A DNA stretch of 63,658 nt, filler included, from Intoshia linei (Eukaryota > Animalia > Orthonectida): NCBI GenBank assembly GCA_001642005.1. It is 5 parts of 5 records of this genome, joined end to end, with 100 filler letters (N's around TTAATTAATTAA, not from the genome) between each part and the next. Parts side by side here need not be neighbours in the genome. Positions count along the whole stretch, not along the records: positions 1 to 20,751 come from LWCA01000700.1; 4 more parts are not named here. One strand, given 5' to 3'. The number at the start of each line of letters is the position of its first letter. Positions within the stretch are counted from its first letter, which is position 1. The position numbers were made by a program, and so were the translations under genes. A model generated the notes under the pieces. That model made no database searches. It saw only the letters and a program-made list of their open reading frames with translations, and had not been told where the DNA came from. Shown piece by piece: positions 1 through 12,433 of the stretch.

Positions 1-1770
1 AGGATACAACTGTACCACCTGTAAATTTTTTTAAATTCTAAGGCTGTTTTCATTTAAACAAGAAGTGTAATTTGTGGTTTTGGACCTGAAGATATAATTT
101 TTTTAAATTTAAATTTATGATAATGTTTATTATTTTAAAATTCGTATCAGCGCATATATTTGTTTAAATTTTCCAAATTTTTTGATTATCAAAAAAAAGG
201 ACAATTGGACTTTTTGACCAATAAGATGTGAGTTTGGGATATTCTAAAATGAATGATGTATAGTCAGTATCAGACCTAAACTGTGCGAAGATCACATTAA
301 CTGATATCAATAGTACTATTAAAATAATACATATATATATAATATATTATTTACTATATAATATATAATAACTATTAACGATAATCAAAAATTAATTCTA
401 AATTTGCAAAATACGTACAATCATCAAATGAAAATGCTATTCATCATTCGAACATTAATTAAACAAATTAAAAAAATTAAAAAAACAGTTGTTGTCTTAT
501 CTATTTCGGATATTATGTTCTTTTTGAGACTCATTGAGACGTCTCATCTTCATTATTTAGGACTGTTAGCTACTGAATGTAGTTTTTATTTTTACCATTT
601 TATGTTAAATTTGTAACAATTATCAATAAAAAAAATAATACGTTTCAGTTAGTATAAATTTAATTTTATATTTTATATTACGTTGCTGTAGTGTCATAAA
701 TTAATTAAAGTTTACAAAATTTTTTGAAAATGAAAATTTGAAATTTAAAAATTACGTAACAATGAAAAATCATTTCGAAGGAATAAATTATATAGATTTT
801 CACCCCTACGTTTTTACTAGAAATGTGTAGACGTACAATTCACATTTTTTTGAAGATGTAGGATCAATATTTACATTTTCAATTTTTAATTTTAATTGAA
901 ATATTTAAAAAATATTGGTGGATAATATATTAAAAATTATTTTTCACCGGGAATGCGTGGATTTCTGGGGTTGAAATTTNCCTAAAAATTTTCATAAATA
1001 GCATAAATTCCAGAAAAAATAAAATTATAAAAACCTATTTTGTTATTTTCAATGTGATGAAATATATTCAGTATTAATTTAATACTTAAAAATACCAATT
1101 GTGTATTAATAATTAATTGAATTTTCACTTTATAAATATTTCAGTCGAAATTTACCATTATTGCAAATTTATAAATTGCGTAGCAAAAAAAAATCATTCC
1201 GAAGGAATAAATTATATAGATTTTCACCCATATGTCTTTACTGGAAATGTGTAGACGTACAATACACACTTTTTTGAAATTGTAGATTTACATTTTCATT
1301 TTTGATTTTTAATCGGATCATTTGAAAAATATTGGTTGATAATATATTAAAAATTATTTTTCAGCGGGAATGCGTGGATTTCTGTAGTTGAAATTTTGTC
1401 TTTATATTAACTGGAATAAGCTCTATCAGAATAATTTTTTTTTTAATTTTCGGACTGTTAATTATTTCACATTTATTGTTTTAATAAAATGATTCAAAAA
1501 AAAATATATGAANTTTATATCAACTGAATTAAGTTATATCAGAAATCATTTTTTTTTAATTTTCGGACTGTTAATTATTTCACATTTATTGTTTTAATAA
1601 AATGATTCAAAAAAAAATATATGAATACTAAAATGCCTTTTTGACCGTTAAGTCGTTACTTATTCGAATTGAAATTTTTTATGTGTGTTAACATGATACA
1701 TCTCTACCACCTGTAAATTTTTAAATTTAAATTTATGATAATGTTTATGATTTTAAAATCTGCATCAGCG
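1..1770 (-). mobile_element. Cluster of internal fragments of the non-autonomous Helitron family, with assembly duplications
   Basis: Motifs TTTTCACCGGGAATGCGTGGATTTCT and GAAATGTGTAGACGTACAAT recur here and, inverted, inside the complete copy at 53642-54786. Single n joins at 980 and 1513. Confidence 0.6.
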
Positions 1771-3228
1771 TTTTTTAAAGGTGTGATTCAACTATACCAT
1801 TTCACTGTCGATATGATAATAATTCCAACCAATGTGATAATAGCTAAATATTTGCTATACAAGAAGTTATTTAATCAAATAATATTTATGCGAATTTAAA
1901 TAATTAAATGGATATTAATTAAGAATTAAACAGGGAAACTATACTTATAAGAATACCAACGTAGTATTTTCTTCTCGAATGATATACATTATTTTGAACT
2001 ATCTTTATTGAGTCAAAACTTACTGCTACATTATGGTATATTAATAAATGAGTAAATAATTCTTTATCACATTGTACCTACAAAACCAAGTTAAGACTGA
2101 AAAACTGCAGAACCCTCGAATATTACAAAATAAAAACCTGGTGTAAACACCATAAAACGTTTTCAGAAAATTATAGCTGATATAAATTATAAATTATTTT
2201 TACAGTTTATAATCAATTCATCATTAACCCTTAGATCAGGGGTGGGCCATTTTATTTTTATGTGCGCCGCACAAATTTCGTGAATGCACATCAAACAATT
2301 TAAATTGATGACATACTATTTTGGCTTGTAAATTTGATTGCTTTTTTCAATAAATGGTTACACGCACAGACATTGTATTTTTATATACAAATGAATAATA
2401 TGTAAGTAAAGCCTTAAGTTAGAATGTCACACTTTTTCGAAAATTTTAAAGTGGATGGGCAATTATCACTAAAAGTGTGTATTTTTAAAATAGAAAAACT
2501 AATTCGCAATCAAAAACATTTAAGGCTATCTATTCAAGTTGCGTTTTACATTTTAAATATCACTGTAAAAATATTATGGAGAAATTAAAACTGAATTTTA
2601 TTTTAACTGAAATTGTCGTTTGAGCTTTTAAACGTGGTATCGACTTTATAATATTGTTCTCCATGTTTAGTTATACAGTTTATTTTTTTATATTTGTTTA
2701 TAGCTCAATTTTTTTGGATTTTATTAACGATTTAATTTCTCGAATTCTGGCAATTTACATTATTTAAATTGTATTAAATGCATAATATGCATTGCATATA
2801 ATTTAGAATTTAAATAAATAATTAAATTATTCACTTTAAATTAAAATGTAGTGTGATATGACGGGTCCACGTGTAACAAATTTGGAACTACTCTTTTAAA
2901 TAATTTATAATAATGAATATTAGCATTTTTAGATTAAATTTTCCTATTAAATTTATTTTTTTGGTAGAATAATAATGTCCGCCCTCAACAGAGCCAGGAT
3001 GCTGATTTTATGAAGTATATAACAGTCAAACTAGTTTATTATAATTTAATTTTCATTATAATATAATGTATATATTTAAAGTTTGATTAGTTTTAAAATT
3101 AGTACACGACCCTTGATTTTAATTAACAAATCTAAATTGAATTCTGTTCTGTTAGATTTACAATTTTGTATTTTATCTATCAAACACATAGTCAGCGACT
3201 ATTAGACAAAACATTCATAGGAAAGTAC

Positions 3229-3422
3229 CTTATATTTGGTATATATTCAGAAAAATTTTGATAAAAGTTTTCACGCAGTTGAAAGCATTTAGAAAATAAA
3301 AAACTATGTAACTGTTTCCCAACATGTTCAAGACATACGTATAGTTGTTTCTCTTTAATTTCATGGCAACCACTGATATCAATATTAGACAAAGTATTGA
3401 ATTCAAGAAGTGTTTCTATATT
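3229..3422 (-). CDS. Exon of a putative leucine-rich-repeat protein (F-box/LRR- or AMN1-like repeats), partial
   Basis: AG/GT-bounded exon reads NIETLLEFNTLSNIDISGCHEIKEKQLYVCLEHVGKQLHSFLFSKCFQLRENFYQNFSEYIPNIR, with LxxIDISGCxxI and LxxFxFSKCxxL resembling cysteine-containing LRRs. The rest of the gene is unresolved. Confidence 0.4.
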
Positions 3423-4363
3423 CTAAATTGTAATTATTATTAAAGATATAGTATAACTCTTCATTCATAATCCAATATGATACATTATATTAATTATATT
3501 ATATTGTAGATATATTAAATTATTTTTGAACAATTACACAGAACAACCTTTTCGATACATAACAGTCAAGCTAATCTCTAATAAAGTAAAAAATCGGATT
3601 AAAAAATAGTTTTGATTATTCAATACCGAAATCTTAAATAAAGAATATTTCATGTGAATAATTTAATTCAAATTCAATTAAATGTGCAATTACCGAATCA
3701 TGGTCAAAAAAATTTGAAATCACTTATTTTAAAAGATTAGTAATAGTAAGTAACATTTTTTTAATTGTGAGATATTTATGTATGATTTTATTATTGAGTT
3801 CTACAACTAAAACTAAAAATTATATCCTATCACTAATTAGCTTAACTGTTAGATTGTCACCATTTGTGCTGTTTATATTTACGTAATACCAACAAATTTT
3901 AAAGCGTAGAAATTTTAAATTCATTTGATAAAGTACAAATATTTTGCCGAGCATAATAGCTGTCGCGCGCTAAATATTATTATTTTTATTATTGGTTTTT
4001 GGTAGAATTAATAATAAAATCCAGTTCGATAAGGCTAGGTACAGCACCTAATTGGTGCTGTTAATACAAATTACATAACAAAAAAATGAAAGTTTGAAAA
4101 GTTGTTTAATAAAGTTTTTAGTTGATAATACAGATAATACACCACAAGCTTCTAAAACGTTTACTCATATGGCACATTTATTTTCAATATTGAGTCAACA
4201 GTTCATTTTTAAATTAGAAACTTTTTAAATTAAACATTGTGGGAATGGACAAAAAATAAAGAAAATGGAGTTAAAAAAGTTTAATTAATGATTTCATTAT
4301 TCGTTTTTTCTCTCTTTGCCCTAATAACATCTCTAGAACGTTTGAACATACATGTACTTCGAT

Positions 4364-4793
4364 CAGTGTTTCTTAATCTTTTTTACTTTAATGCGCATAT
4401 GTGAAATAAATACAAATTTTGCCCCACCTTAACTTTTGACTAGAAAAAAAACACATGGATATTCGACAATGTGCAAAGATTAAAAACGAAAAAATATAAT
4501 ACGCAAATGTAGTGGTACTTATTTTTTGTTAACTTAAATTTAGAAAATAACATATGATGTATTTTTGCTGTTTACCATAGTATATACAATATATGTTAAT
4601 ACACAACAATTATATAATATATTATATAAACAATGTTTATTAAACATGTATATAAATAAAATAAATTATATTTTAAATAGTAAATCCCACAATGTTAATC
4701 AAAAAACTGTCAATCTAAAAGTTTGATACTAATTTTTATAAATGTATAAAATCAAGTCAAATTTCTTTGCGGCGTACCGGTTACGAATACCTG
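4364..4793. mobile_element. hAT-type MITE
   Basis: Ends CAGTGTTTCTTAATC ... GGTTACGAATACCTG (degenerate TIR). 8-bp TSD ACTTCGAT/ACTTAGAT. Confidence 0.65.
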
Positions 4794-4800
4794 ACTTAGA

Positions 4801-4958
4801 TAGAGTGACCAGAAAAATGCGTACTATCACTTTTAGTTTATTTTGGATAAATTTTAAGCCGAAAATTATTATTCGTCATCATAGATAAGTAGTTTTGTCT
4901 TTACATTTATCACCAAATAAACTAAAATTGATAGTACGTATTTTTTCTGATCACTTTA
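4801..4958. mobile_element. ~158-bp MITE with ~45-bp TIRs
   Basis: TAGAGTGACCAGAAAAATGCGTACTATCACTTTTAGTTTATTT is inverted at the other end. Flanked by ACTTAGA on both sides. Second copy at 53104-53261. Confidence 0.8.
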
Positions 4959-5400
4959 ACTTAGATCAAGCTTTTTGGTTGTTTCTGAGGTATTAACATC
5001 CATTCTTTCACTAACATTTCTTTAAGTTTCATATTAAGTAGGCTGACCATATTTTTGTCGTACTAAAAGTAGTACCTTTATTGCTTAGAAACAAAATATG
5101 TTTTTGATTAATTTTTGATTAGAAAAATAAACTTATAAGTTAAATTTCAATTTATAAGTTTATCTACTACGAAAAAGTATGAGTGCCAAAAGTCGTACTT
5201 CTGGCACTATTATAAGTCGCAAAATAAGTTCATTTGAATTAAAGTAGTCATGTAACTATCTAAAATTTAAAAAGTGGAAAAATTTTCGAAGAAGATCTCG
5301 AAAAAAAATCTGAAAAAAAACTACCTTCTCTCTGAACTAAGAGGATTATAATGATATATATTTTATTATATTACGTTTATTAGTGTTGCAGCGTGTAATG

Positions 5401-6320
5401 CAGTGGTTATTAACCGGAGGTGCATAATCAATTTTTGGGGTGCACAGAGCTATTTTCAATTTTTTTTAATTACATTAATAAAATAATTAGTTGAAAATTA
5501 ATTAATTTTTTTTTCTAAATAAGTTAAATTATATAGTTGATATTTTTATTAATAACAAAAAGATTAGATATAAGACATAATTTCATCTTGTTAATACTTA
5601 TTAAGTTAAGTTAATAATTAACGCTTATTGAATTTATTCACAATCATTTAATAATCAAATTAATTTTGTATTTTCAACTTTTTTAAGGTACACAAATTAT
5701 GTATTTTAATATATAAATTATCATAGAGAACAAGTTATAGAAACATGTCTAAAAGAAGACAATGAAATAACAATTACGTAGAATTATGTTTTATCTGTCG
5801 TAATGATGCAGATGAAACCGAAAAACCTCAGTGCATTTACTTTTCGGCGTTTTATGCAATAATAGCATAAATCCAAACCTGCTACGTAATCATAAAAATA
5901 TAAAACACTCAAACCTCATTGACAGTGTTGAAGTTATCGCTGAAAAAAAGACGTTTAGATATAGGTGGAAGTTCCACCGTGGAACAGTTGACAATTTATC
6001 ATTTCTTCTAAATTTAACAAAATTGTAGAGGCATAATATCATGTTGCTTACATGTTTTATAAACAAAAAAAGCATCATACCATCAGAAACGTTGATCAAA
6101 CCCTGTACTGTTAACATTGCAGAACTTCTACTTAATGACAAACAAAAAGGGGCACTTATATCAATTCCTTTGTAAAAGGATTAAAAATTTAATTTAAAAT
6201 TGGACAAATCTACTAATGTGTTTGCAAGATATGTTGTGAATGATAATATTAAAGAGGAATATCTGTTTTGTGAGTCATTAAATAAAACTATAAGAGAATT
6301 GATGTATTCGAAATAAATTA
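5401..6320 (+). mobile_element. Decayed Buster/Charlie-type hAT transposon (left end plus transposase relic)
   Basis: Starts CAGTGGTTATTAACC. Frameshifted relic MSKRR...TEKPQC..FGVLCNNSINPNLLRNHKNIKH is BED-finger-like, followed by ETLIKPC and LDKST..FARYV...EEYLFCESL. Sister copy at 58529. Confidence 0.75.
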
Positions 6321-6934
6321 TATATTATTTATTATATTTATATTATATTTATATATTAATACATTAAAATATATATAAAATTTTTTGTNACGTTTCAGTT
6401 AGTATAAATTTAATTTTATATTTTATATTACGTTGCTGTAGTGTCATAAATTAATTAAAGTTTACAAAATTTTTTGAAAATGAAAATTTGAAATTTAAAA
6501 ATTACGTAACAATGAAAAATCATTTCGAAGGAATAAATTATATAGATTTTCACCCCTACGTTTTTACTAGAAATGTGTAGACGTACAATTCACATTTTTT
6601 TGAAGATGTAGGATCAATATTTACATTTTCAATTTTTAATTTTAATTGAAATATTTAAAAAATATTGGTGGATAATATATTAAAAATTATTTTTCACCGG
6701 GAATGCGTGGATTTCTGGGGTTGAAATTTATTATTTATATCAACTGAATTAAGTTATATCAGAAATCATTTTTTTTTAATTTTCGGACTGTTAATTATTT
6801 CACATTTATTGTTTTAATAAAATGATTCGGAAAAAAAATATATGAATATTAAAATGCTTATTTAGTATTACTAACCGTGAAATTTATGATAATGTTTATG
6901 ATTTTACAAAAGTGATTTGATCTAATGTAAATAC

Positions 6935-8766
6935 CTGATTATATACGTTTTTTTCGTTTAAATAATTTTTATGCAGAACAAATTTTATAAACATTCCAAT
7001 TGTGTCCACATTAATAGATTTTAATTCTCTACCGCTGATCTGAGCGTCATGGGTATCGGTCATCGTCACATATCTATACATTATAAAGTTATATGATAAT
7101 TTACGACAGAGTTCCTATTGCCTCGTCACGGACTGATACGAGTCACATAATTTCATATAGATCTCGAAAAATATGCACAAGCTTTTAAAAATGGAATTTT
7201 ATGAAAATTTTCTGAAAATAGACTAGGGTGGTATTGGTTAATCATTAAGAATCATTATGATAAACATTAGATAAGTTCCACATGTACTGTTCCGTCAAAG
7301 AAAGCTTTTATTGATTGAAATAATAAAGTATACAAAAGATAATGTATAATAAAAATAAATATATTACCCCAATCTTACGAAATGAGCAGATTCGTAGCTG
7401 ACTTGATCATATTTGACTTCAACATTTCCAGTAAATAATTCAATTTTAGATGCTAATATTGACTTTAAATCAATCATATTATAATACACATAGATTATTT
7501 TACATTATATACATGTACTTGATGTATTTAATGAATTTTAATAATTACATTTGAGGGGGACGGGGGTAAATATTATTCGATTGCAATTTTTTTTTTGGAT
7601 GAATGATTAAAATCAAAAAAGACACTCACTTGCAAAATAGGTCTTTATAATATAAAAAAGTTGTTGACACCCTAATGGTCAATTTACATTTGAAACCTCT
7701 AATAATTATAATTATTAACAATAAATATTAAGTAAAATCAATATTATGCCAATTCTACAATAATAATTACCGACAATGTATTGATGCGATAAAATTTGGA
7801 TTTTTCTTATTCTTACAGGTTCATTTAATTGAATAATTACAGTTTGTGGATATACACAATATCTAAAATTAATAATATAAATATTTTTCTATATTACATA
7901 CATCATTACATACTGAGTAAGTCGTACTCCTTTACTTATATATAATTGAATATCCGTGTGATACCGTTTAACTAAAACAATACCAGTTCTAGAGTTTAAA
8001 AAACCAAATTTCCAATACCTTTTTTATAAGATGATGTTTTATCGTAACTTTTATTTTCAACAATTCAGTCCTTCAGGCATAAAATTTCAATTTACCCTTT
8101 TATTAAAAATAAAATTAGACCTAGAATTTTAAAAAACATAAAATCTACAAAAAATTTTAAAATCATCAAGTGGAAACACCAAAATACCACTTTTATTAAA
8201 AATAAAAAAAGTTATAAAATTTTATAAAACATAAATTCTGAGATAGTTTATAATTTTCATAAGTCTAATTATTTATTTATCTATTTTAATGTTGATAACT
8301 TTGTTTCATCCGAAATGCATGATAAAAGAAAAAAGTATGTACTAGACTCTAGTAACGACAGGTATTTAAAGTTATATTTTTTGGTGGGTTCAGAATATTT
8401 GTGATGATTTTTTAGGGCTGTAATAATAATTTTTGTTTTTAAGATTATATACTCGTTGTCTATAATTATAGATTATAATCAATTGAAAAATCAATCTTAA
8501 AATTAAAAATTCGGCTCCCTGTAGAGCTAGCCGCTGTTTGTAGAAAGTATATATCAGTTAAGCTAGTTTAAAATATATAACACACATCTTCATAATCTTT
8601 CATATTACAATTTCTATTATAATAATAATTTAAAATTTAAAAAAAATCTAAACCTGGCAGATCTCCACCCTATCGAAGTAGGTTTTTGAGTGTTTAATTG
8701 TTGAATTTTGTATAAATCGTCTTGACTCGTAGCATGAACTACGTGAAAGCCAATTTTTTGAGGCAT
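6935..8766 (-). CDS. CEP104: Centrosomal protein 104 kDa, first four coding exons (3' part not found)
   Basis: Exons 8766-8654, 7862-7771, 7452-7368 and 7073-6935 splice in phase to MPQKIGFHVVHATSQDD...GWRSARYCVYPQTVIIQLNEPVRIRKIQILSHQYIVASKIELFTG...FVRLGYVTMTD...RELKSINVDTIGMFIKFVLHKNYLNEKNVYNQ, matching the CEP104 N-terminal jelly-roll domain. Confidence 0.92.
7928..8566 (+). mobile_element. Non-autonomous Helitron copy in CEP104 intron 1
   Basis: 5' TCCTTTACTTATATA, body shared with 53642-54786, 3' hairpin remnant and CTAG|T terminus. Confidence 0.7.
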
Positions 8767-9170
8767 AAGTAATTATATATTATTATATTTTTAAAATTTG
8801 CATATTTACGTTTAGATTGTTACAAAGGTAGTGATTCAAGCATTATAAAATATCGGTAAGCGCCAATCACAACAACAGTGACACCATAGTAGTATTATAG
8901 AAATTGATTAATTATGCTCCAATCTCGTTTTCAAGCTATAAAATATATTTGTTTACAACTGTTTCATAACAATATATTCTATTTTTCAACTTAGAACAAT
9001 ATTCACTATATCACACATTTGTTTTCTTTTGTATGTTTTCAGTGGTAGTACGTTTTATTGACATCATGTTTATTGTATTGTCATGTTTGGCATAATCATG
9101 TTTTTATTAGATCGATTTCTATTAGTATTGATCAATGATCATGTAATTATAATTATGCATCAATAAAATA

Positions 9171-10135
9171 TCTTTACTTATATAATATACTACGCGATTT
9201 TTATTTGTGTGTGTGTGTGTTCCACTTTATTTAAATAACTACCAGTCTTAAAATTTTATAAAGTCAACATTTCAATTACAGTTTTTTCCGGGACTTATAA
9301 TAAGATAAATTTCAACCTCCCAATTTCACATCTTAAGGGTCAAAAACTCCTCTCTCTTTTTGAAAAGCAAACAAGTTGGAGAATTTAAATAAATATATAC
9401 ACTGATGCGGATTTTAAAATCATGAACATTATCATAAATTTAAATTTAAAAAAATTATTTAACAGTCCTAGAATTTAAAAAATTAAAAGGTGGTACAGTT
9501 ATATCTATTTAACACACATAAAAAATTTCAATCCGAATAAGGGACGACTTCACGGTCAAAAAAGCATTTTAGTACTTATATATTTTTTTCCGAAATATTT
9601 TATTAAAACAAAAAATGTGAATTAATTAACGGTCCGAAAATTATAAAAGATTATTTTGATAGAGCTTATTCCAGTTAATATAAATACAAAATTTCAACCC
9701 CAGAAATCTACCATTCATGGTCACAAATAATTTTTAATATATTATCAACCAATATTTTTCAAATATTTCGAATTAAAATAAAATAATGAAAATGTACATA
9801 TTGATCCTACAATTTCAAAAAAAATGTGCAGTTAACGTCTACACATTTCCAATCAAGAAATATGGGTGAAAATCTATATAATTCATTCCTTGGGAATTTT
9901 TTTGATTTTCAAAACATATTGTATTAAATTTTAAATAAAAACTACAACAACGAAACTAAAAGTAAGACAACTTTGTTAATATCATTTTTATATATATTAC
10001 AATCTTTTACAATATTGGTAAAATTTGACTGAAATGTTTATAAAGTGAAGATTCCGTTAATTATTGATAAATAATTTGTATTTTTAAGTATTTATTAAAT
10101 TGGTACTTAATATATATTATCACATTGAAAATGAC
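9171..10135 (+). mobile_element. Non-autonomous Helitron copy (5' end intact, 3' end lost)
   Basis: A|TCTTTACTTATATAATA followed by a (GT)n microsatellite. Body shared with the other copies. Confidence 0.7.
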
Positions 10136-10428
10136 GCTTTTTTGGCAGGTAATAATGCTAATTTAATCAAATTTAAATTGTAAAACTCAATTTTGTCTAA
10201 AATTTAGATAGCATCTAAGAAGCGATACATTTTAATTCATTTTGAATATTTTCAATAAATTATTCTTCATATTGCAGTTTAGGCTGACTGCAAAAGGCCT
10301 TCTTCCCATTCCCATTCAGTGACGTTATATATGAAAAAATATTTAAATGTCAATTCTATCTAAATTATTAAAAATAAACTAATTTTTTAAATTGAAAAAA
10401 AGTAACTTGGTACATTTGATAATATACA

Positions 10429-11435
10429 ATGGTTAATGATAATGATTCAAAGCAATCTGATCGAAAAAATTTTTTCAAATTTAGTGGTGGTCCTATAGGA
10501 TTGGGTGATCCAAATGATAAAACGCTAATTGCCTTGGAAAAAGAAATATATATACCTCGAATTTTGAATGATAAGTGTAACAATATTTGTACTACTTATA
10601 TTAAAGGTATATTTTAATATTTAATTTTTATCGATAATACATTTACATGTGTATAATTATTATTATTGATTATTTATAATATTAGTGAATTGGTTGAACC
10701 TTCAAAACATACTTTTAATTGCGTATAATTATATATTTAACTTTAAAAAAATTTCACCCTAAAATTAAATTTTATGTTTTACGAAAACAATGTGCCCTAA
10801 ATACGCTCTAATACATAATGAAAAATATTAATCTAAATCCTTCAATTTGATTAAAAATCTCTTATAACCACTTTTTATATTTTTGTAAAGAAATGAAATG
10901 TATTGAAAATTATGGTGAAAAGTCAAGATATAAAAATAATATTCAAAATCTCGATATTTAATAATTGTATCTATTATTTACGTTCAAGTGATTAATTAAT
11001 TTGTTTAGCCTTAGACAAATGCGTATATGAAAAAAATGGAATTCTTGCATTTTTTTGTAGGAAAGAAAAAGCAGATTTTGTGAAATGTATCAATGAGTGG
11101 TAATATTTAGAGTACAAATTTTTTTAAATCGATAGTTAATAAATTTATTTAGCAACGGTCACCTAACTTTTTTATTGTAGACCTGTAATTTCACTCTAAT
11201 TTTGTGCGGAACGTTTAAAACTTAATTTTATAGATCATTACAATTATCAATTAAAACTTAGAAAAAGCAATGCATTATAATTACTACTTTTAGCTATAAT
11301 AATAAAAGTATTATCGATGAATGTACCAATAAATATTTAAAAGAACGATCTCAATACAGGGAAGATGGAATACCGCGTAAACGAAAATATGTCCTAACTA
11401 ATGAAATGTTTGATAAACTTAAAAATGTTAAATAA
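10429..11435 (+). CDS. CMC1: COX assembly mitochondrial protein 1 (twin CX9C)
   Basis: Exons 10429-10606, 11009-11099 and 11294-11435 give GPIGLGDPNDKTLIALEKEIYIPRIL...C-TTYIKALDK-C...C-RKEKADFVK-C...ECTNKYLKERSQYREDGI. Confidence 0.92.
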
Positions 11436-11978
11436 ACCTTCAATTATCTTTATATTTTATTCGAAATTAGTATTAGCTATTCATTTTTGTTAATAATACT
11501 TATTTTTACTTGATAAATCTCATTTTTATGAAAACTTCGAATTATTAACCCTTTGCTAACCCTTTCGGTTGAAATTAAAATGGTAGCCACTAGCTACAGG
11601 TGTTTAAATTTTTATTTTTTCTGGGATTCATGTTATTTATGACGATTTTTAAAAATATATTTATTGTCTACAATTAATTAAAAAATTCTGTATTAATCTT
11701 GAAACGTCTACCACGGCAGAGCTAACTACTGTTTGTAAAAAGGACATAAAATTCAAGCCAGTCAGTGTATACTTTTAATTATCTAAATCAACCATTCTCA
11801 ACGGGGTCCATGTGGACACCAGGGTTCATAGATTTTTCATAGATTTTGAATTTTTCAATTTATTAAAGACAATGAGACAACGAAAATGTTAATGACTTTT
11901 AAACGTGTTTCAGAATATATGTTTATTTGAAATTTTAAAGCAGATTTTATTTTTTAAATAATAAAATTGGGTTTTTCA

Positions 11979-12217
11979 TAAAAGTGGATTTATCCTTAAG
12001 GTTTGGTAAAGTGGATTTTTTTCCCTTAAGGTTTGGTAAAATTGGATTTTTTCCTTAAGGGTTGTTAAAATTAAATTTTTCCCTTACAGTTTGATAAAAG
12101 TGGATTTTTTTCTTAAGGGTTGGTAAAATTTGATTTTTTCATTAAGGGTTAGTAAAATTGAATTTTTCCTTTAAGAATTGGTAAAAGTGGATTTTTTCCT
12201 TAAGGTTTGGTAAAAGT
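11979..12217. repeat. Minisatellite, ~30-31-bp unit, about 8 copies
   Basis: Consensus approximately AAAAGTGGATTTTTTCCTTAAGGTTTGGT. Related arrays at ~42740-42860, ~35650-35980 and, inverted, ~48400-48860 and ~55500-56200. Confidence 0.85.
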
Positions 12218-12433
12218 ACGTTTTCTGTCAATTAAAAGGTATCTGGGTTACAATTTGTTACTTTTGTGTTTATATTATAATTATCAGATTTAGTCAAAAT
12301 CCTTCAAGTAATTTTTATTATGTTGTAGACTTTTTTCATTTATTTACGTTAATTTAATTTTAATTATAATATTATTTTATGATCATAATCTTTTTGTACA
12401 TTTATTTAAATAAATTCTTAATTGCAGTTTGTA

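Noticed and set aside
404-616. 70-aa ORF and other short ORF-track entries (18472, 27183, 40555, 45993, 46332, 47086, 56406)
   Set aside because: Low-complexity AT-rich or repeat-derived frames, many with non-ATG starts and no motifs.
1787-2076. VQCD and SEMV* coincidences suggesting a paralogue of the 16716-20334 gene
   Set aside because: Only two 4-residue matches, exon phases are incompatible and the intervening sequence is dissimilar.
11979-12217. Possible CRISPR-like or telomeric array
   Set aside because: Units are contiguous without unique spacers, the context is eukaryotic and there is no short telomeric unit.
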